From: Parachlamydiaceae bacterium
Lineage (GTDB): Bacteria; Chlamydiota; Chlamydiia; Chlamydiales; Parachlamydiaceae
Assembly (NCBI GenBank): GCA_013816265.1
Contig: JACDES010000001.1
Span: forward strand, 25,636 to 89,635
Direction: 5' to 3'
Length of the DNA: 64,000 bases
Position numbers and translations under genes: made by a program. Shown one piece after another: positions 10,401-19,000 of the stretch. Positions within the stretch are counted from its first letter, which is position 1, and every line of letters starts with the position of its first letter. Under the pieces are notes generated by a model. It did no database searches. It was not told where the DNA came from and saw only the letters and a program-made list of their open reading frames with translations.

Positions 10401-13400
10401 TTTAAATTTTCCCAGTATTCATCTAGATTTTTCGATTGAGGAAATTTGCCACTCATGCCGATAATCGCGATTAGATTGTCTTGCTCATTGTCTTTCGAAT
10501 GTGTTTCTGGTATTTTTTTATCATTAATCACATCTTGTTTCTTTTCAATTTCAATCGTTTTCTCATTTTCTGAAATTGAGAGACCAACCAATTTATACAT
10601 CCCTTCAGCTTGAGTAGCGATCAAATGATCAACGATTTTGTCAATTGTCTGATATTCAAAAAACAATGTGTTGCTGACATTTTCTAATTTATCTTTAATA
10701 GCACTTGTCAATTGAACAATCAAAATTGAGTCGATACCATAAGATTCTAGTGGTTCTGAAGAATTTATTTTTGCTAATGGGATTCGAATTGTATTACTTA
10801 ACAGTTTTTTAAAATAGTTAACGCTTCTTTCCCTTAGCTCATTAGATATTTCTCGCGGTTGCGGGGAAAATTTAATAGAAATATCTTCTTGTGGATTCTT
10901 TGATATTTTTTTATTTTTATAATAAAGCATTTCTCTTACCAAGCCGTTACTTTGCCCTACAACTATTTGTTGACCTAATGTCTGGGCATCATTTAATGGG
11001 AATATTATTTGATGAAATCCTTCTTCCTGAAGAACTATATTCCAAGAGTCCGAAGAAAGTCCGGGACAGCAAGGTATCCGAATGGATGGATCTTCGTATA
11101 ACCACCACCCATCAAGTAGACCAAAAGTAAGATGGGTAAAAATGCTGTTTTTATTTATCTCATTTAAAATGATCAACCCATCTTTCTTTAGAACATTTTT
11201 CACATTCCTTATACTTTGACGAATATTTTTAGTAGCATGCAATACATTGGTTGCTATGACGATATCAAAGGTCCCTGGAGACATCTCTTGAGACGCAGGA
11301 GATTGACTTACATCAAACAATTTATATGTTAAGAAGTTATATTGTTGACCATATGTATTTTCAGCATTGATTAAAAATGCTTTTGAGATATCACTAAAAC
11401 AATATTCTAGTATCTTGTCTTTATATTTTGCAAGTTCCGGTAATACTAAAGATGTCGTCCCCCCAGTTCCTGCACCAATTTCTAGAATTCGTATTTTTTC
11501 TTTCAAATCTCGTATATGTTCCGTTACGAGCGTTGCGATTCCTTTATTAAAATAATCGGCAATTAGATTGTTTTTATAAACGCCTTCTACCATCTCCATG
11601 GAACCATTGGGGAACATGACATTCGTAGCCATTTCTTTGCCCAAAAGTATGTTGGGAAGAGAACGAAGTGTTATATCGACAAGTCTAAAATGTGATTTAA
11701 TTTCAACATCGTTAATCCACTCTTTTCCCTTTGCTTCCCACCTACTCCAAACTTCATTTGTATCAATTAATTTTGTTTTTGATAGTAATCGTTCTTTTTC
11801 TAGGAAACGAATGCTTTCATTAACCCATCGACGGTGAATTTCTTTTTTTATTTTTTTGTCTAAATCTGAATTTTTAACAAATGCCCTTAAATCCTTTAAT
11901 TGGACATACAATAGTTGCTTTAAAAGTTTCTCCATTTCCTTAATTTTTGCATCACACGCATAGATTTTGATATCTATAGGTTGCTTAAGAAGTTTTGGAA
12001 ATTGGTTAGTCAATGTTGATTTATTTATTACTGAATGAAGGGATTCTTTAACGATAATATCATTGATAGAGAACGGTTGTGTTGTTTTGAAATATATCAA
12101 CTGTTCAAAATCGCTTTTGATAAAAAACTGAAGGGTTTGCATGGCGTGCTCAACGTCAATTGCGACAATCCCCGATTTTGACAGACGATTTTTAAAAGAT
12201 TGTGGAATGATTGCTCCAATTCCTACATCTCCCCAGTAACCCCAATTAATCACTTTGACAGGATATGTTTTTTTCTGTGCTAATTCATAGGCTAATGAAT
12301 CTTGAAATAGGCAACCAGAACAATAGCTACTCTTTCCATGATCCTTCGTAAATGATGCCATTGATGAAAAAAATAAAAGAAAATCTAAGGGTTCATTACC
12401 AAATACCTCAGTTACAGTCAGACTACCCTCTAATTTGCTTTTCAGACCATTTCTAAAATAACTTTCTTCCATGTTGGCCAAACTTAAATCCATTTGTCCA
12501 ACAGCTGAATGAATCACTCCATTAATCTGTTTATAGCTATTTTTAATTTCATGATATGCCTTCTGAATCAATTGTTCATCGGCAGCATCAGCTATTAAAT
12601 ATAGCGGTTTAGGACCTAGTTTAGAAAGTCGATCAATTTTACTTTGAATCTCATGATTTATATCCCTACGACCTATCCAAATTACTTGTGCATTATAATT
12701 GACAATCATGAACTCCGTCCACAACTCTCCTAAACCTCCTGCACCTCCAATAATAACATAGACACCACCGTTTCTATAGGGTGTTGAAGTATTGGCATTG
12801 ATCTTATATTGAATAAAATTTTGTTGGTACCACACACCCTTTCGAAAGATTTTGGCATTTCCTAATGGATCCGAATTAAGTTTAAAAATATCCACCCAAG
12901 GGATTTCAACATCTCTTTCGCTATCTATTAATTTAATTTTCCAGTTGGGATACTCTTTAGATAAAGTACCAACAAATCCATGAATCGTAGAATCAACAGT
13001 ATGGAGGGAATCATTTGACTGAACTGCCTGAGCCTGCTTTGTGATAATGATCCACTCAAGATTTCTAGTTCCGTACCCCTTCTTTAATAACGTTTTTATG
13101 TCACGAAAAAGTTGAAATAGATTTTCATCCTCTAAAGTATCGATATTTATTTTTTGAGTATTCTTTTGTTTGCAAATCCAAACTATCTGATCCCAATTTT
13201 TTTTAGGGGGAAGTCTATCCACCGCAGTTTCAAGATCATCACTATCGTCAATCAAACAATCTTGGCATGAAGGATTTTTAATCAATGAAAATCGATCGAA
13301 ATGTGATCCACCGACGACTAAAAGATGACTTTTTTTACTCTGTTCGTTAGGTATTTCAGGAACCTCAATAGCATCCCACAATGGTAAGAGGACAATATTT

Positions 13401-14437
13401 CCAGTCAAAGATGTGGAATCTTGGTTTTGATCTCGAATGGGTATTAAGTTATTAATTTTCTTAGAAGAAAATCCTTTGACTCTAATAGCGACATCCCCTT
13501 TTTCATCCATTATTTCTACATCGAATTTAACTATCGTATTATCTTGCTTAACATCTTGGATTTTACGAATTAAAGACCAGAGGTTATCTGTGATATTGTT
13601 ATTAATTACCATTTCATCCATGGCAAATGCAATTGTTCCAGATGAATGCTCATGATCAGTAAGAAATCCAATAGAAGCATGAAAGGATGCGTCTAAAAGT
13701 GCAGGATGTAAATCATATTCACTATTACCTTTAATAGATGATGGCCGTGTTATTTTGGCAATAACACTTTCATTCCCTTGATAGATTTCTTCCACGTATT
13801 GAAAAGAAGGGCCGTAAAGAATACCCATCTTTTTTAAAGAGGAGTAACATTGCATGGATGTGATTTTGTTAAGGGAATGATCAATTAAAGTTGATACATT
13901 GTATGTAGGTAGTTGCTGTCTTGGTTCTAGAGCAATTTTACCTATACAATAAATGGATTTTGATGAATCAACCTCGCTGAATATTTCAAAAGAAGCTCTT
14001 TTTTCATCTGAAAAATCCAATTCTAATTTTAGTTCTTTTGAATTGTCAATAAATTCAAAGGATTTGAGCCAATAAACATCTTTTAATGTAATACTATATT
14101 GATTTAAATTTTTATAGTCTTTGAGTTGATCGACAAAAGCACTATAAGCCATTTCTAAATACACAACTCCTGGTAGAATTGCTCTTCCTGAAATGATATG
14201 ATCAGTTAAAAAAAATTCCTTACCATCAAAGGGAATTGTATATTTGTGGATATTTGGGGGGGGGATTTCTTCTTTTAGAGACGATGTCTTTTTATTATAT
14301 TCCTTGATTAATGTAAGAGCTTCAACTTTAGAAAGTTTTTTGTTTTTAACTTTTTCGAATATTTCTTTATGAAATCGACTCATAAATATACCGGGAAGCT
14401 CTATTTTAGTATTTTTCTTGAAAAATAAAATTTTCAA
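4415..14437 (-). CDS. Trans-AT polyketide synthase subunit 4: DH-KR-MT-ACP | KS-KR-ACP | KS-ACP-ACP
   Basis: 3340-aa ORF. The track start is TTG 14437; ATG at 14383 ('MSRFHKEIFEKVKNKKLSKVEALTLIKEY', docking-like) is the more likely start. Motifs found:
- DH 'LTDHIISGRAILPG' (His80) and 'LHPALLD'.
- KR 'IIGGAGGLGELW' (~12750).
- C-MT 'ILEIGAGTGG' (~11480) and 'ATNVLHAT'.
- ACP Ser1237 'YGIDSIL' (10727-10729).
- KS Cys1496 'DTMCSSS' (9950-9952), 'EAHGTGTELGD', 'NIGHLE'.
- KR 'ITGGCGGLG' (~8010).
- ACP Ser2416 'LGFDSISL' (7190-7192).
- KS Cys2652 'NTSCSSG' (6482-6484), 'THGTATKLGD', 'NFGHT'.
- Tandem ACPs Ser3141 (5015-5017) and Ser3267 (4637-4639), both 'LGLDSIIGVEW'.
No AT or TE motif. Confidence 0.95.
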   Translation of the reverse strand: MKILFFKKNTKIELPGIFMSRFHKEIFEKVKNKKLSKVEALTLIKEYNKKTSSLKEEIPPPNIHKYTIPFDGKEFFLTDHIISGRAILPGVVYLEMAYSAFVDQLKDYKNLNQYSITLKDVYWLKSFEFIDNSKELKLELDFSDEKRASFEIFSEVDSSKSIYCIGKIALEPRQQLPTYNVSTLIDHSLNKITSMQCYSSLKKMGILYGPSFQYVEEIYQGNESVIAKITRPSSIKGNSEYDLHPALLDASFHASIGFLTDHEHSSGTIAFAMDEMVINNNITDNLWSLIRKIQDVKQDNTIVKFDVEIMDEKGDVAIRVKGFSSKKINNLIPIRDQNQDSTSLTGNIVLLPLWDAIEVPEIPNEQSKKSHLLVVGGSHFDRFSLIKNPSCQDCLIDDSDDLETAVDRLPPKKNWDQIVWICKQKNTQKINIDTLEDENLFQLFRDIKTLLKKGYGTRNLEWIIITKQAQAVQSNDSLHTVDSTIHGFVGTLSKEYPNWKIKLIDSERDVEIPWVDIFKLNSDPLGNAKIFRKGVWYQQNFIQYKINANTSTPYRNGGVYVIIGGAGGLGELWTEFMIVNYNAQVIWIGRRDINHEIQSKIDRLSKLGPKPLYLIADAADEQLIQKAYHEIKNSYKQINGVIHSAVGQMDLSLANMEESYFRNGLKSKLEGSLTVTEVFGNEPLDFLLFFSSMASFTKDHGKSSYCSGCLFQDSLAYELAQKKTYPVKVINWGYWGDVGIGAIIPQSFKNRLSKSGIVAIDVEHAMQTLQFFIKSDFEQLIYFKTTQPFSINDIIVKESLHSVINKSTLTNQFPKLLKQPIDIKIYACDAKIKEMEKLLKQLLYVQLKDLRAFVKNSDLDKKIKKEIHRRWVNESIRFLEKERLLSKTKLIDTNEVWSRWEAKGKEWINDVEIKSHFRLVDITLRSLPNILLGKEMATNVMFPNGSMEMVEGVYKNNLIADYFNKGIATLVTEHIRDLKEKIRILEIGAGTGGTTSLVLPELAKYKDKILEYCFSDISKAFLINAENTYGQQYNFLTYKLFDVSQSPASQEMSPGTFDIVIATNVLHATKNIRQSIRNVKNVLKKDGLIILNEINKNSIFTHLTFGLLDGWWLYEDPSIRIPCCPGLSSDSWNIVLQEEGFHQIIFPLNDAQTLGQQIVVGQSNGLVREMLYYKNKKISKNPQEDISIKFSPQPREISNELRERSVNYFKKLLSNTIRIPLAKINSSEPLESYGIDSILIVQLTSAIKDKLENVSNTLFFEYQTIDKIVDHLIATQAEGMYKLVGLSISENEKTIEIEKKQDVINDKKIPETHSKDNEQDNLIAIIGMSGKFPQSKNLDEYWENLKNGNDCITEIPSERWSLDNFYDSDKQSAILSGKSYSKWGGFVEDFANFDSLFFNISPKEAMNMNPQERIFIECAWSALEDAGYTKKLLAKKCNNNVGVFAGITRMGYELYGPEIWKKGGLQFPHTSFSSLPNRVSYLLNLNGPSLPVDTMCSSSLTAVHEACEYLIRKECRMALVGGVNLYLHPANYVALCALQMLSKYGHCRSFGKDSDGIVLGEGVGVIVLKPLSEALKDNDNILAVIHSTGINHGGKTNGYTVPNPIAQGDLIRKVLDKGNISAKSISYVEAHGTGTELGDPIELSGLTEAYRQDTNERNYCSLGSVKSNIGHLESAAGIAGIIKIVLQLQNKQIVPTLHAKDINPNIDFSRTPFYLQQQLSVWRTPLVEKNGGSVNEARLAAISSFGAGGSNAHVILGEHISSESNKEFNSSNHVILLSAKNKEALKDQAKNLLLKIKSENYDDSKLLSISYTLQVGREAMEERIGFVVKNISELTNSLQLILSDFENVASEFYVGSVRNKTQIVTIFENDSELLQVIHKWLNNKNYSKLLELWVNGVNIDWEEFYGNDLPKRMSLPTYPFTKERYWIKDILDKPKDNIGSAETTLRTFEEYWEPIQLVPAKKINNIVCLGLNENRKELVLRQLKVLAPECIFNFASDENELKLISRKVKIDSIWYFGALENSDLRKEYGHLVELLKSIHRLGISGTLLIPFEGDPLEMCYGLSWIGFEKSIGLVFQNLKISMIYDWGKIDLSEWISRLWIVVRLEKIESLKYKKGQAHRLSLKPYNVKTMPSLLRKNATYIITGGCGGLGLLFAEYITKKVFKVNLILCGRSPLDGKKNKSIKELEALGASVLYLQADVSDAQQMKDGIHKAKSQFGEINGVLHLAGLQGRNNLLEKEFSEFEEIIAPKIQGTQILDELLNGDSLEFVCYFSSAAAILGDFGSCDYAVGNRFQMAYSEFRKTTKKACKTVVINWPLWKEGGMGFADDHGTQLYLKTSGKRLLEGKEGAPLFDALLSQQESQFLVLAGNEDQIHLDNPQDVEVILNKDLKNQISTILSITTEKIDEEANLADLGFDSISLTTLAHQLSNFYQISLTPSIFFAHATVKKLTSYLFTTHKETIENFYQLKTAFIKIKPPKEIQPTQSLNEPIAIIGMSGRFPGARNIEELWQILIEGKETITEIPSDRFDWRDYYGDSANDPQKSNCKWIGAIPGVKEFDHTFFGISPKEAKMLDPRQRLLLQEGWKALEDAGYGKNDFERLKIGVYIGVEQGDYQNLNKEKDSNVTSNHEAILASRLSYFLNLDGPVMAINTSCSSGLVAIHQACNSLRNGECDTALAGGVSLTLSPEVFVAMAQAGMLSEDGKCYTFDQRANGMVPGEAVATVVLKRLSQAIEDKDSIYAVIKASGLNYDGKTNGITAPNGEAQAKLIKSIYEKNHIEPEQIEYIVTHGTATKLGDPVEVNALIDAFNHKGHCALTSTKTNFGHTFAASGVINLITLTLSLYNKKIPKSLNFENGNEYINWKDSPFYVNEKTQGWNKPKRLGAVSAFGMSGTNVHMILENYDQEVTFEKQSSYLFFLSAKTEKSLEAKTKELIDYLENEDDLTSISYTLIEGRQHFEYRKAVVASNKKEAIEKLAVKGKKANKSDKEISIQTTTEEELKKIAELYVEGYTPRWKVNHQKCHVPTYPFERNEFWITDASKNDVKRTDCLIINKHQPLQHKLNGTTHSLAKPTGITLKNFGNENEKLKSITKSEPEPSLIAKEKSLVESKDMLLELAESLSRVLDIEMEELHTNEKFVDLGLDSIIGVEWIRAINKRYGTNISATKVYDYPTLDEFQNFLKVEITKKKGGETVILETLVRDDKVIHVSSLKDRANLSSPIAVSRIIEPQVNGKQSDEILNELVLSLSNALDMNSNDVDINENFLNLGLDSIIGVEWIRSINKKYSVSIPVTKIYDYPTLLDFSKFLVTELSNNKKTLLEMLEDVYSGKLNVDKANQELNLLIT
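4520..5125 (-). other. Tandem ACP didomain with beta-branching Trp flag (end of PKS subunit 4)
   Basis: 'FVDLGLDSIIGVEWIRAINKRY' and 'FLNLGLDSIIGVEWIRSINKKY' both carry Trp at Ser+6. The other ACPs in the cluster lack it. Confidence 0.7.
11018..11740 (-). other. C-methyltransferase domain of PKS subunit 4
   Basis: SAM-binding motif I 'RILEIGAGTGGTT', 'FDIVIATNVLHAT' and 'LKKDGLIILNE', located between the KR and the ACP. Confidence 0.8.
13448..14251 (-). other. Dehydratase (hot-dog) domain at the N-terminus of PKS subunit 4 (split module: the KS is on the preceding protein)
   Basis: HxxxGxxxxP motif 'HIISGRAILPG' and 'DLHPALLDASFH'. Confidence 0.75.
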
Positions 14438-14564
14438 AGTATACTTGTATCACACAAGGAGCAATGACTGCAAAGTCATTCTCAAGATAAATTTTGATAG
14501 CGATTTTTTCATTTGATATGTAAATTAATTTTACAAACACTATAAAAAGTTGTAAGGATCTGAC

Positions 14565-15812
14565 GTGCTGAATGATAAGTCTTTATATTTTGGAAACATA
14601 AATAGATTTAATCTCAAAAAGAGTTTTCTTTTAAAATTTTGGAAATTAGCAACTTTCCCCATTTGGTTTATCTATCATGGAATATCATGCCTTGTAAAAT
14701 ATGGAATTCAAAAGAAAATAGTGGAGTTAAAGCCTCCAGGTCCTAGAGGCCATATTTTGTTAGGAGTTCTTCCTGAACTTAACTCCAACTCACTTAATTT
14801 TATCAATAGCCTTTGGCAAACATATGGGTGTCAAGAAGGTATTTGCAGATATTCAATTTTCAATGAGACGGCCTATTTAGTAACCAAACCAGAATACTGT
14901 CAATCGATTGCCCAAGATTCTGAAACATTTATTAGAGGAAGATCAATTGAGAAGAAACGAAGGATCTTAAGTGATTCTTTTTTTACACCCGACGGGGCAA
15001 TCAGCAAACAAAAACGTAAAGAATGTATGCCGCATCCAAATAATAATAGAATTGATGAACATCATTATACAGTGATTAAAGAAGCATGCGAAAAAACAAT
15101 CATCCGTTGGAATAAATTAATTGAAGAAGAGGAAGAAAGAGAAATTGATGTGTTGGAAGAAATGTCTAAATGCACAAGCGATGTTCTCACTACATTCTAC
15201 GCGGGTCACGACGCAACAGGCCTATTGCTTATGTGGTCTATCTACGAATTGTCGAGACGATCAGAAATTTATGTAAAATTGAATAATGAGCTCAATCAAA
15301 ATGTTAAAGATGATGTACCTACTTTCGAAGAAATTTCTAATTTAACCTATTTATCTAAAGTTATCCAAGAAGTTCTACGAATCTATCCATCTCTTCCAAT
15401 TATTGTAAGAGACGTGATAAAAGATACTTTTTTGGGTAAATATCCAATTCGTAAAGGTAGCACAGTTTTAATAGGAGTAGCGCAAATAGGTCAGGATGAT
15501 AAAAGATGGGATAACCCATCTGAATTTAATCCTGAAAGGTTTAATGACGAATTAATCTATAAAGTCGATCCATATGATTTAAATCCTATTGGAGGTGGTC
15601 TCTATCTTGGTGCAGAGCAATCACATGGCCACATAGAAGCAAAAGTAATTTTGGCTTCTCTCATCAAAAAGTTCAATTTCTCATTAAAAGAAGTAGTCCG
15701 CCCTATAATGAGAGGAACGTTACACCCCGAAAAAAACGTACAGGTAACTCTTAGAGATAATAGGAAACATCCAGTAGGTAGAATACCACCTAAAAGAATT
15801 TCTAACTACTGA
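14565..15812 (+). CDS. Cytochrome P450-like protein, eukaryote-type N-terminus, internally shortened and lacking the heme-thiolate Cys (possible relic or pseudo-enzyme)
   Basis: 415-aa ORF, GTG start with AAGGA 8 nt upstream. It has:
- an N-terminal hydrophobic anchor, then 'KPPGPRG';
- I-helix 'FYAGHDATG';
- ExxR 'EVLRIYP';
- 'FNPERF'.
Where FxxGxRxCxG is expected the sequence reads 'PIGGGLYLGAEQ'. There is no Cys in the last 200 aa. The spacing from PPGP to the I-helix is ~155 aa, against ~260 aa in typical P450s. Confidence 0.6.
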   Translation: MLNDKSLYFGNINRFNLKKSFLLKFWKLATFPIWFIYHGISCLVKYGIQKKIVELKPPGPRGHILLGVLPELNSNSLNFINSLWQTYGCQEGICRYSIFNETAYLVTKPEYCQSIAQDSETFIRGRSIEKKRRILSDSFFTPDGAISKQKRKECMPHPNNNRIDEHHYTVIKEACEKTIIRWNKLIEEEEEREIDVLEEMSKCTSDVLTTFYAGHDATGLLLMWSIYELSRRSEIYVKLNNELNQNVKDDVPTFEEISNLTYLSKVIQEVLRIYPSLPIIVRDVIKDTFLGKYPIRKGSTVLIGVAQIGQDDKRWDNPSEFNPERFNDELIYKVDPYDLNPIGGGLYLGAEQSHGHIEAKVILASLIKKFNFSLKEVVRPIMRGTLHPEKNVQVTLRDNRKHPVGRIPPKRISNY

Positions 15813-16079
15813 GATTGATAGTGATCGTTTGTTGTTTTGGTAAATATGTTGTCCATAATTTTTTCTAAAGAAAGCTCCCTCTGTTAGGCCTGAAAGGCTG
15901 GTATGAAATAGCCCAGGTCGCAGTAAAGCGAAGGCTTGGGTCAATGCAAACAATTTACTGAGTCCTTAGGATGGCATAGGATACGTACCCAATAATTGAC
16001 GTAAGGAAATCCGCGTAAATATAATAAAGATTGGGCTCGTAATGCTACTCAAATATGCAACGAAGTGCTTTCTTATAAA

Positions 16080-19000
16080 TTATCTCAACCCATAAATATC
16101 AACTAATTCTAATGCTTCATCAACTGAAACACTCCCCTCGATTAAGCCATCCAGTAAATCTTCATATTTTTCCAATTCAATTTGTTCCTTCGTCTCAGGA
16201 GTTGGTAAATTATATCGCTCCTTATTAAATGGATAAGTTGGCAAACTGATCCTTAGTGGTTTTTCTTCTATATATAAGAGATTCCAATCGATCGAAGTCC
16301 CATTCACCCATAATTTTGCCAACGAACTAATTTTTCTCTTCTCCAACCAAGTTTTAATTAAACTAGGAAAATCCTCATCATTTGAGAAATTAGACATACC
16401 TTCTTTATTATTCTTTACATTTCCAAAATAGATATGAGATGCATTATTTGTATTTTTATTACTTAAAAACATATGCAATTTATCTATCAATTCTTCTCTA
16501 GTTTCAACAATAAATCCCAATCGAAATTCCATCGCTTTTCTACCAACTTGAAGTGTGTATGCGATGCTTTCTAAACTGTCATCACGTGTCAATTCTTCCT
16601 GCAAATAACTTAACAACTGATCAACTTTTTTACACAACACGTCTTCTTCTTTAGCTGACAGCAGAATTAGATAGGGTCCGGAATTTGATCTCATTATTTT
16701 TGTAGTGATATACTCTTCAATAATAACATGAGCATTAGAACCACCGGCACCAAACGACGAAATACCACCAATACGAGGAAGTTCTATTTTTTGCCCCGTC
16801 GAATTAGTCTCGAGACGTTGATTCCAAGTTTCTAATTCATTTTGTATTTTAAAAGGGGTTTTTGCAAAATTAATATTTGAGTTTGGAGTCTCTGCATATA
16901 AAGTCGGAAACAATTTTTTATGATATAATTGCAACACCAACTTTGTAACTCCAGCAATCCCTGCTGCTGCTTCTAGGTGTCCTATATTAGTCTTTACTGA
17001 TCCTAAAGAACAAAATCCTTTTTCCTGCGTGTCTCGTTCAAAGGCTTTTGTCAAGCCCGCTACCTCAATTGGATCCCCTAACTCAGTTCCAGTGCCATGC
17101 GCCTCAATGCACGATAAATGATTTGCCATCAATCCAGCCTTATCTAAAGCTTTTTTAACCAAATCTGCTTGTGCATTAGGACTTGGAACTGTATAACCAT
17201 TGGTTTTTCCTCCATGGTTTATACTTGTCCCCTTTATAACCCCATAAATATGATCATTATCTTCGAGGGCATCAGATAATCGTTTTAATAGAATCGCTCC
17301 AACCCCTTCACCAGGTACAAATCCATTTCCTCCTTCTCCAAAACTTTTGCACTTTCCATCTGTCGACAACATTTGAAGAGAACTTAACTCAACGAAATTA
17401 GAAGGATGCATATATAAATTCACCCCTCCTGCAAAAGCCATTTTGCACTCATCTCGTAGTAAATGTTCACAGGCTTCATGAATTGCTGTCAAGGAAGATG
17501 AGCACATTGTATCTATAGGCATACACGGACCACCTAAATTTAAAACATAGGACACCCTATTTGCAACAGAACCAAAAGATGTTCTGGGATGAAGTGTTTC
17601 ACCGCTGCGCCATAGATCTGGCCCATATAATTCATAACCAGTTTTTGTAATTCCTACAAAGACCCCTACATCACGATCAAATTTATTTACCAATTCCTCT
17701 GGACTGTATCCAGCGTCTTCAAGTGTCTCCCAGCATACCTCAAGAAATTGTCTTTCCTGCGGATCCATATTGATGGCTTCTAATGGAGATATATTAAAAA
17801 ATAGAGGATCAAAACAATCATGATTGTCTAAAAAACCACCCCACTTTCCATAACTGTTTCTTTTCTTTAAGGCTTTGTCCTTATTTGCTTCGTAAAAGTT
17901 TTCCAAGGACCATCGATTTGCCGGAATCTCTGTAATACAGTTACGACCATTCTCCAAATTCTTATAATATTCTTTTAGATTCTTTGCTTTAGGATAGCGC
18001 CCACTGATTCCAATAATTGCAATTGGCTCATTTTCTTTTTTCTTATCCGACTTTTGTTTTATCATTCTTTCATTATCATTTTTCAGAGTACGTTCTTCCA
18101 ACTCAGCTTTTGTGTTTGTCCACTTCATGCATTGTTTTTCAAATTTCGTTAAAAAATAATCTGCCAATTGATCCAATGTTTGAAATTCAAACAATAACGT
18201 TTTAGGTAGATCTCCAAAAATATGAGAGAATCTTTCATTCATGTTTGTAATCAGTATAGAGTCAATCCCATATTGATCTAATGATTGCAGTGGATCGATG
18301 TGCGAATAATCTAAATTCGTACAATCACAATAAATCTGAATTAACCGATTTATCACGTTCTTCTTTAAAGAGGAGGTGTTATTTATTTTATTAACGCTGG
18401 AATTAGCCTGTTGAATGCTTTTGTAGCCACTTAAAACGTGCAGAGCCTTTTCAAATGCGTAAGAAGGTAAAGGAATTTTGGCTGGTTTTTCATTGGGGTA
18501 AAATGATAACCAGTCTACATCCTTTCCCTGCACCCATTTTTCTGCTAACAATTCTATTTCATTCAAGGAAGTGAATTGCCCCTCAGATATGTTTAAATTA
18601 CTTTTAAATATCGATTTCGATTGTTTATTTATAAGTAATAATTCCAGTTTCGAGATAAATTCATTAAGATTATTTGCAACAATTGCGATACGATATTTTA
18701 ATGGTTCTTTACCAGTCTGGAGTGTATATAATAAAGAGGGTAGTCGTATCTCATTTATATCATACAACTTATATTCCTGTATTTTTATGTAATTCAGTAA
18801 TTTATTTACATATTCGTGAAGCTGTTTTTCTGTTCTTGCAGAAATGGGTAATATATTAATTCCAATTTTTTCAGATTGCATATTTGGAATAGCATATTCA
18901 TCAAGAACAATATGACCATTTACTCCACCATAACCAAAGTTATGAATCCCTATCCTGCGCTTCTTTTTAACACCATTAATACTCCTAGGAATCCACGATT

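Noticed and set aside
15849-15858. 'ttgtccataa', identical to one iteron unit, occurs downstream of the P450-like gene.
   Set aside because: A single 10-mer match in 64 kb of AT-rich DNA is expected by chance at appreciable frequency. There is no array here.
15720-15953. A 77-aa minus-strand ORF overlapping the 3' end of the P450-like gene.
   Set aside because: It overlaps a better-supported gene. It has no SD site and no recognisable domain. The GC-rich patch is reported as a low-interest observation instead.
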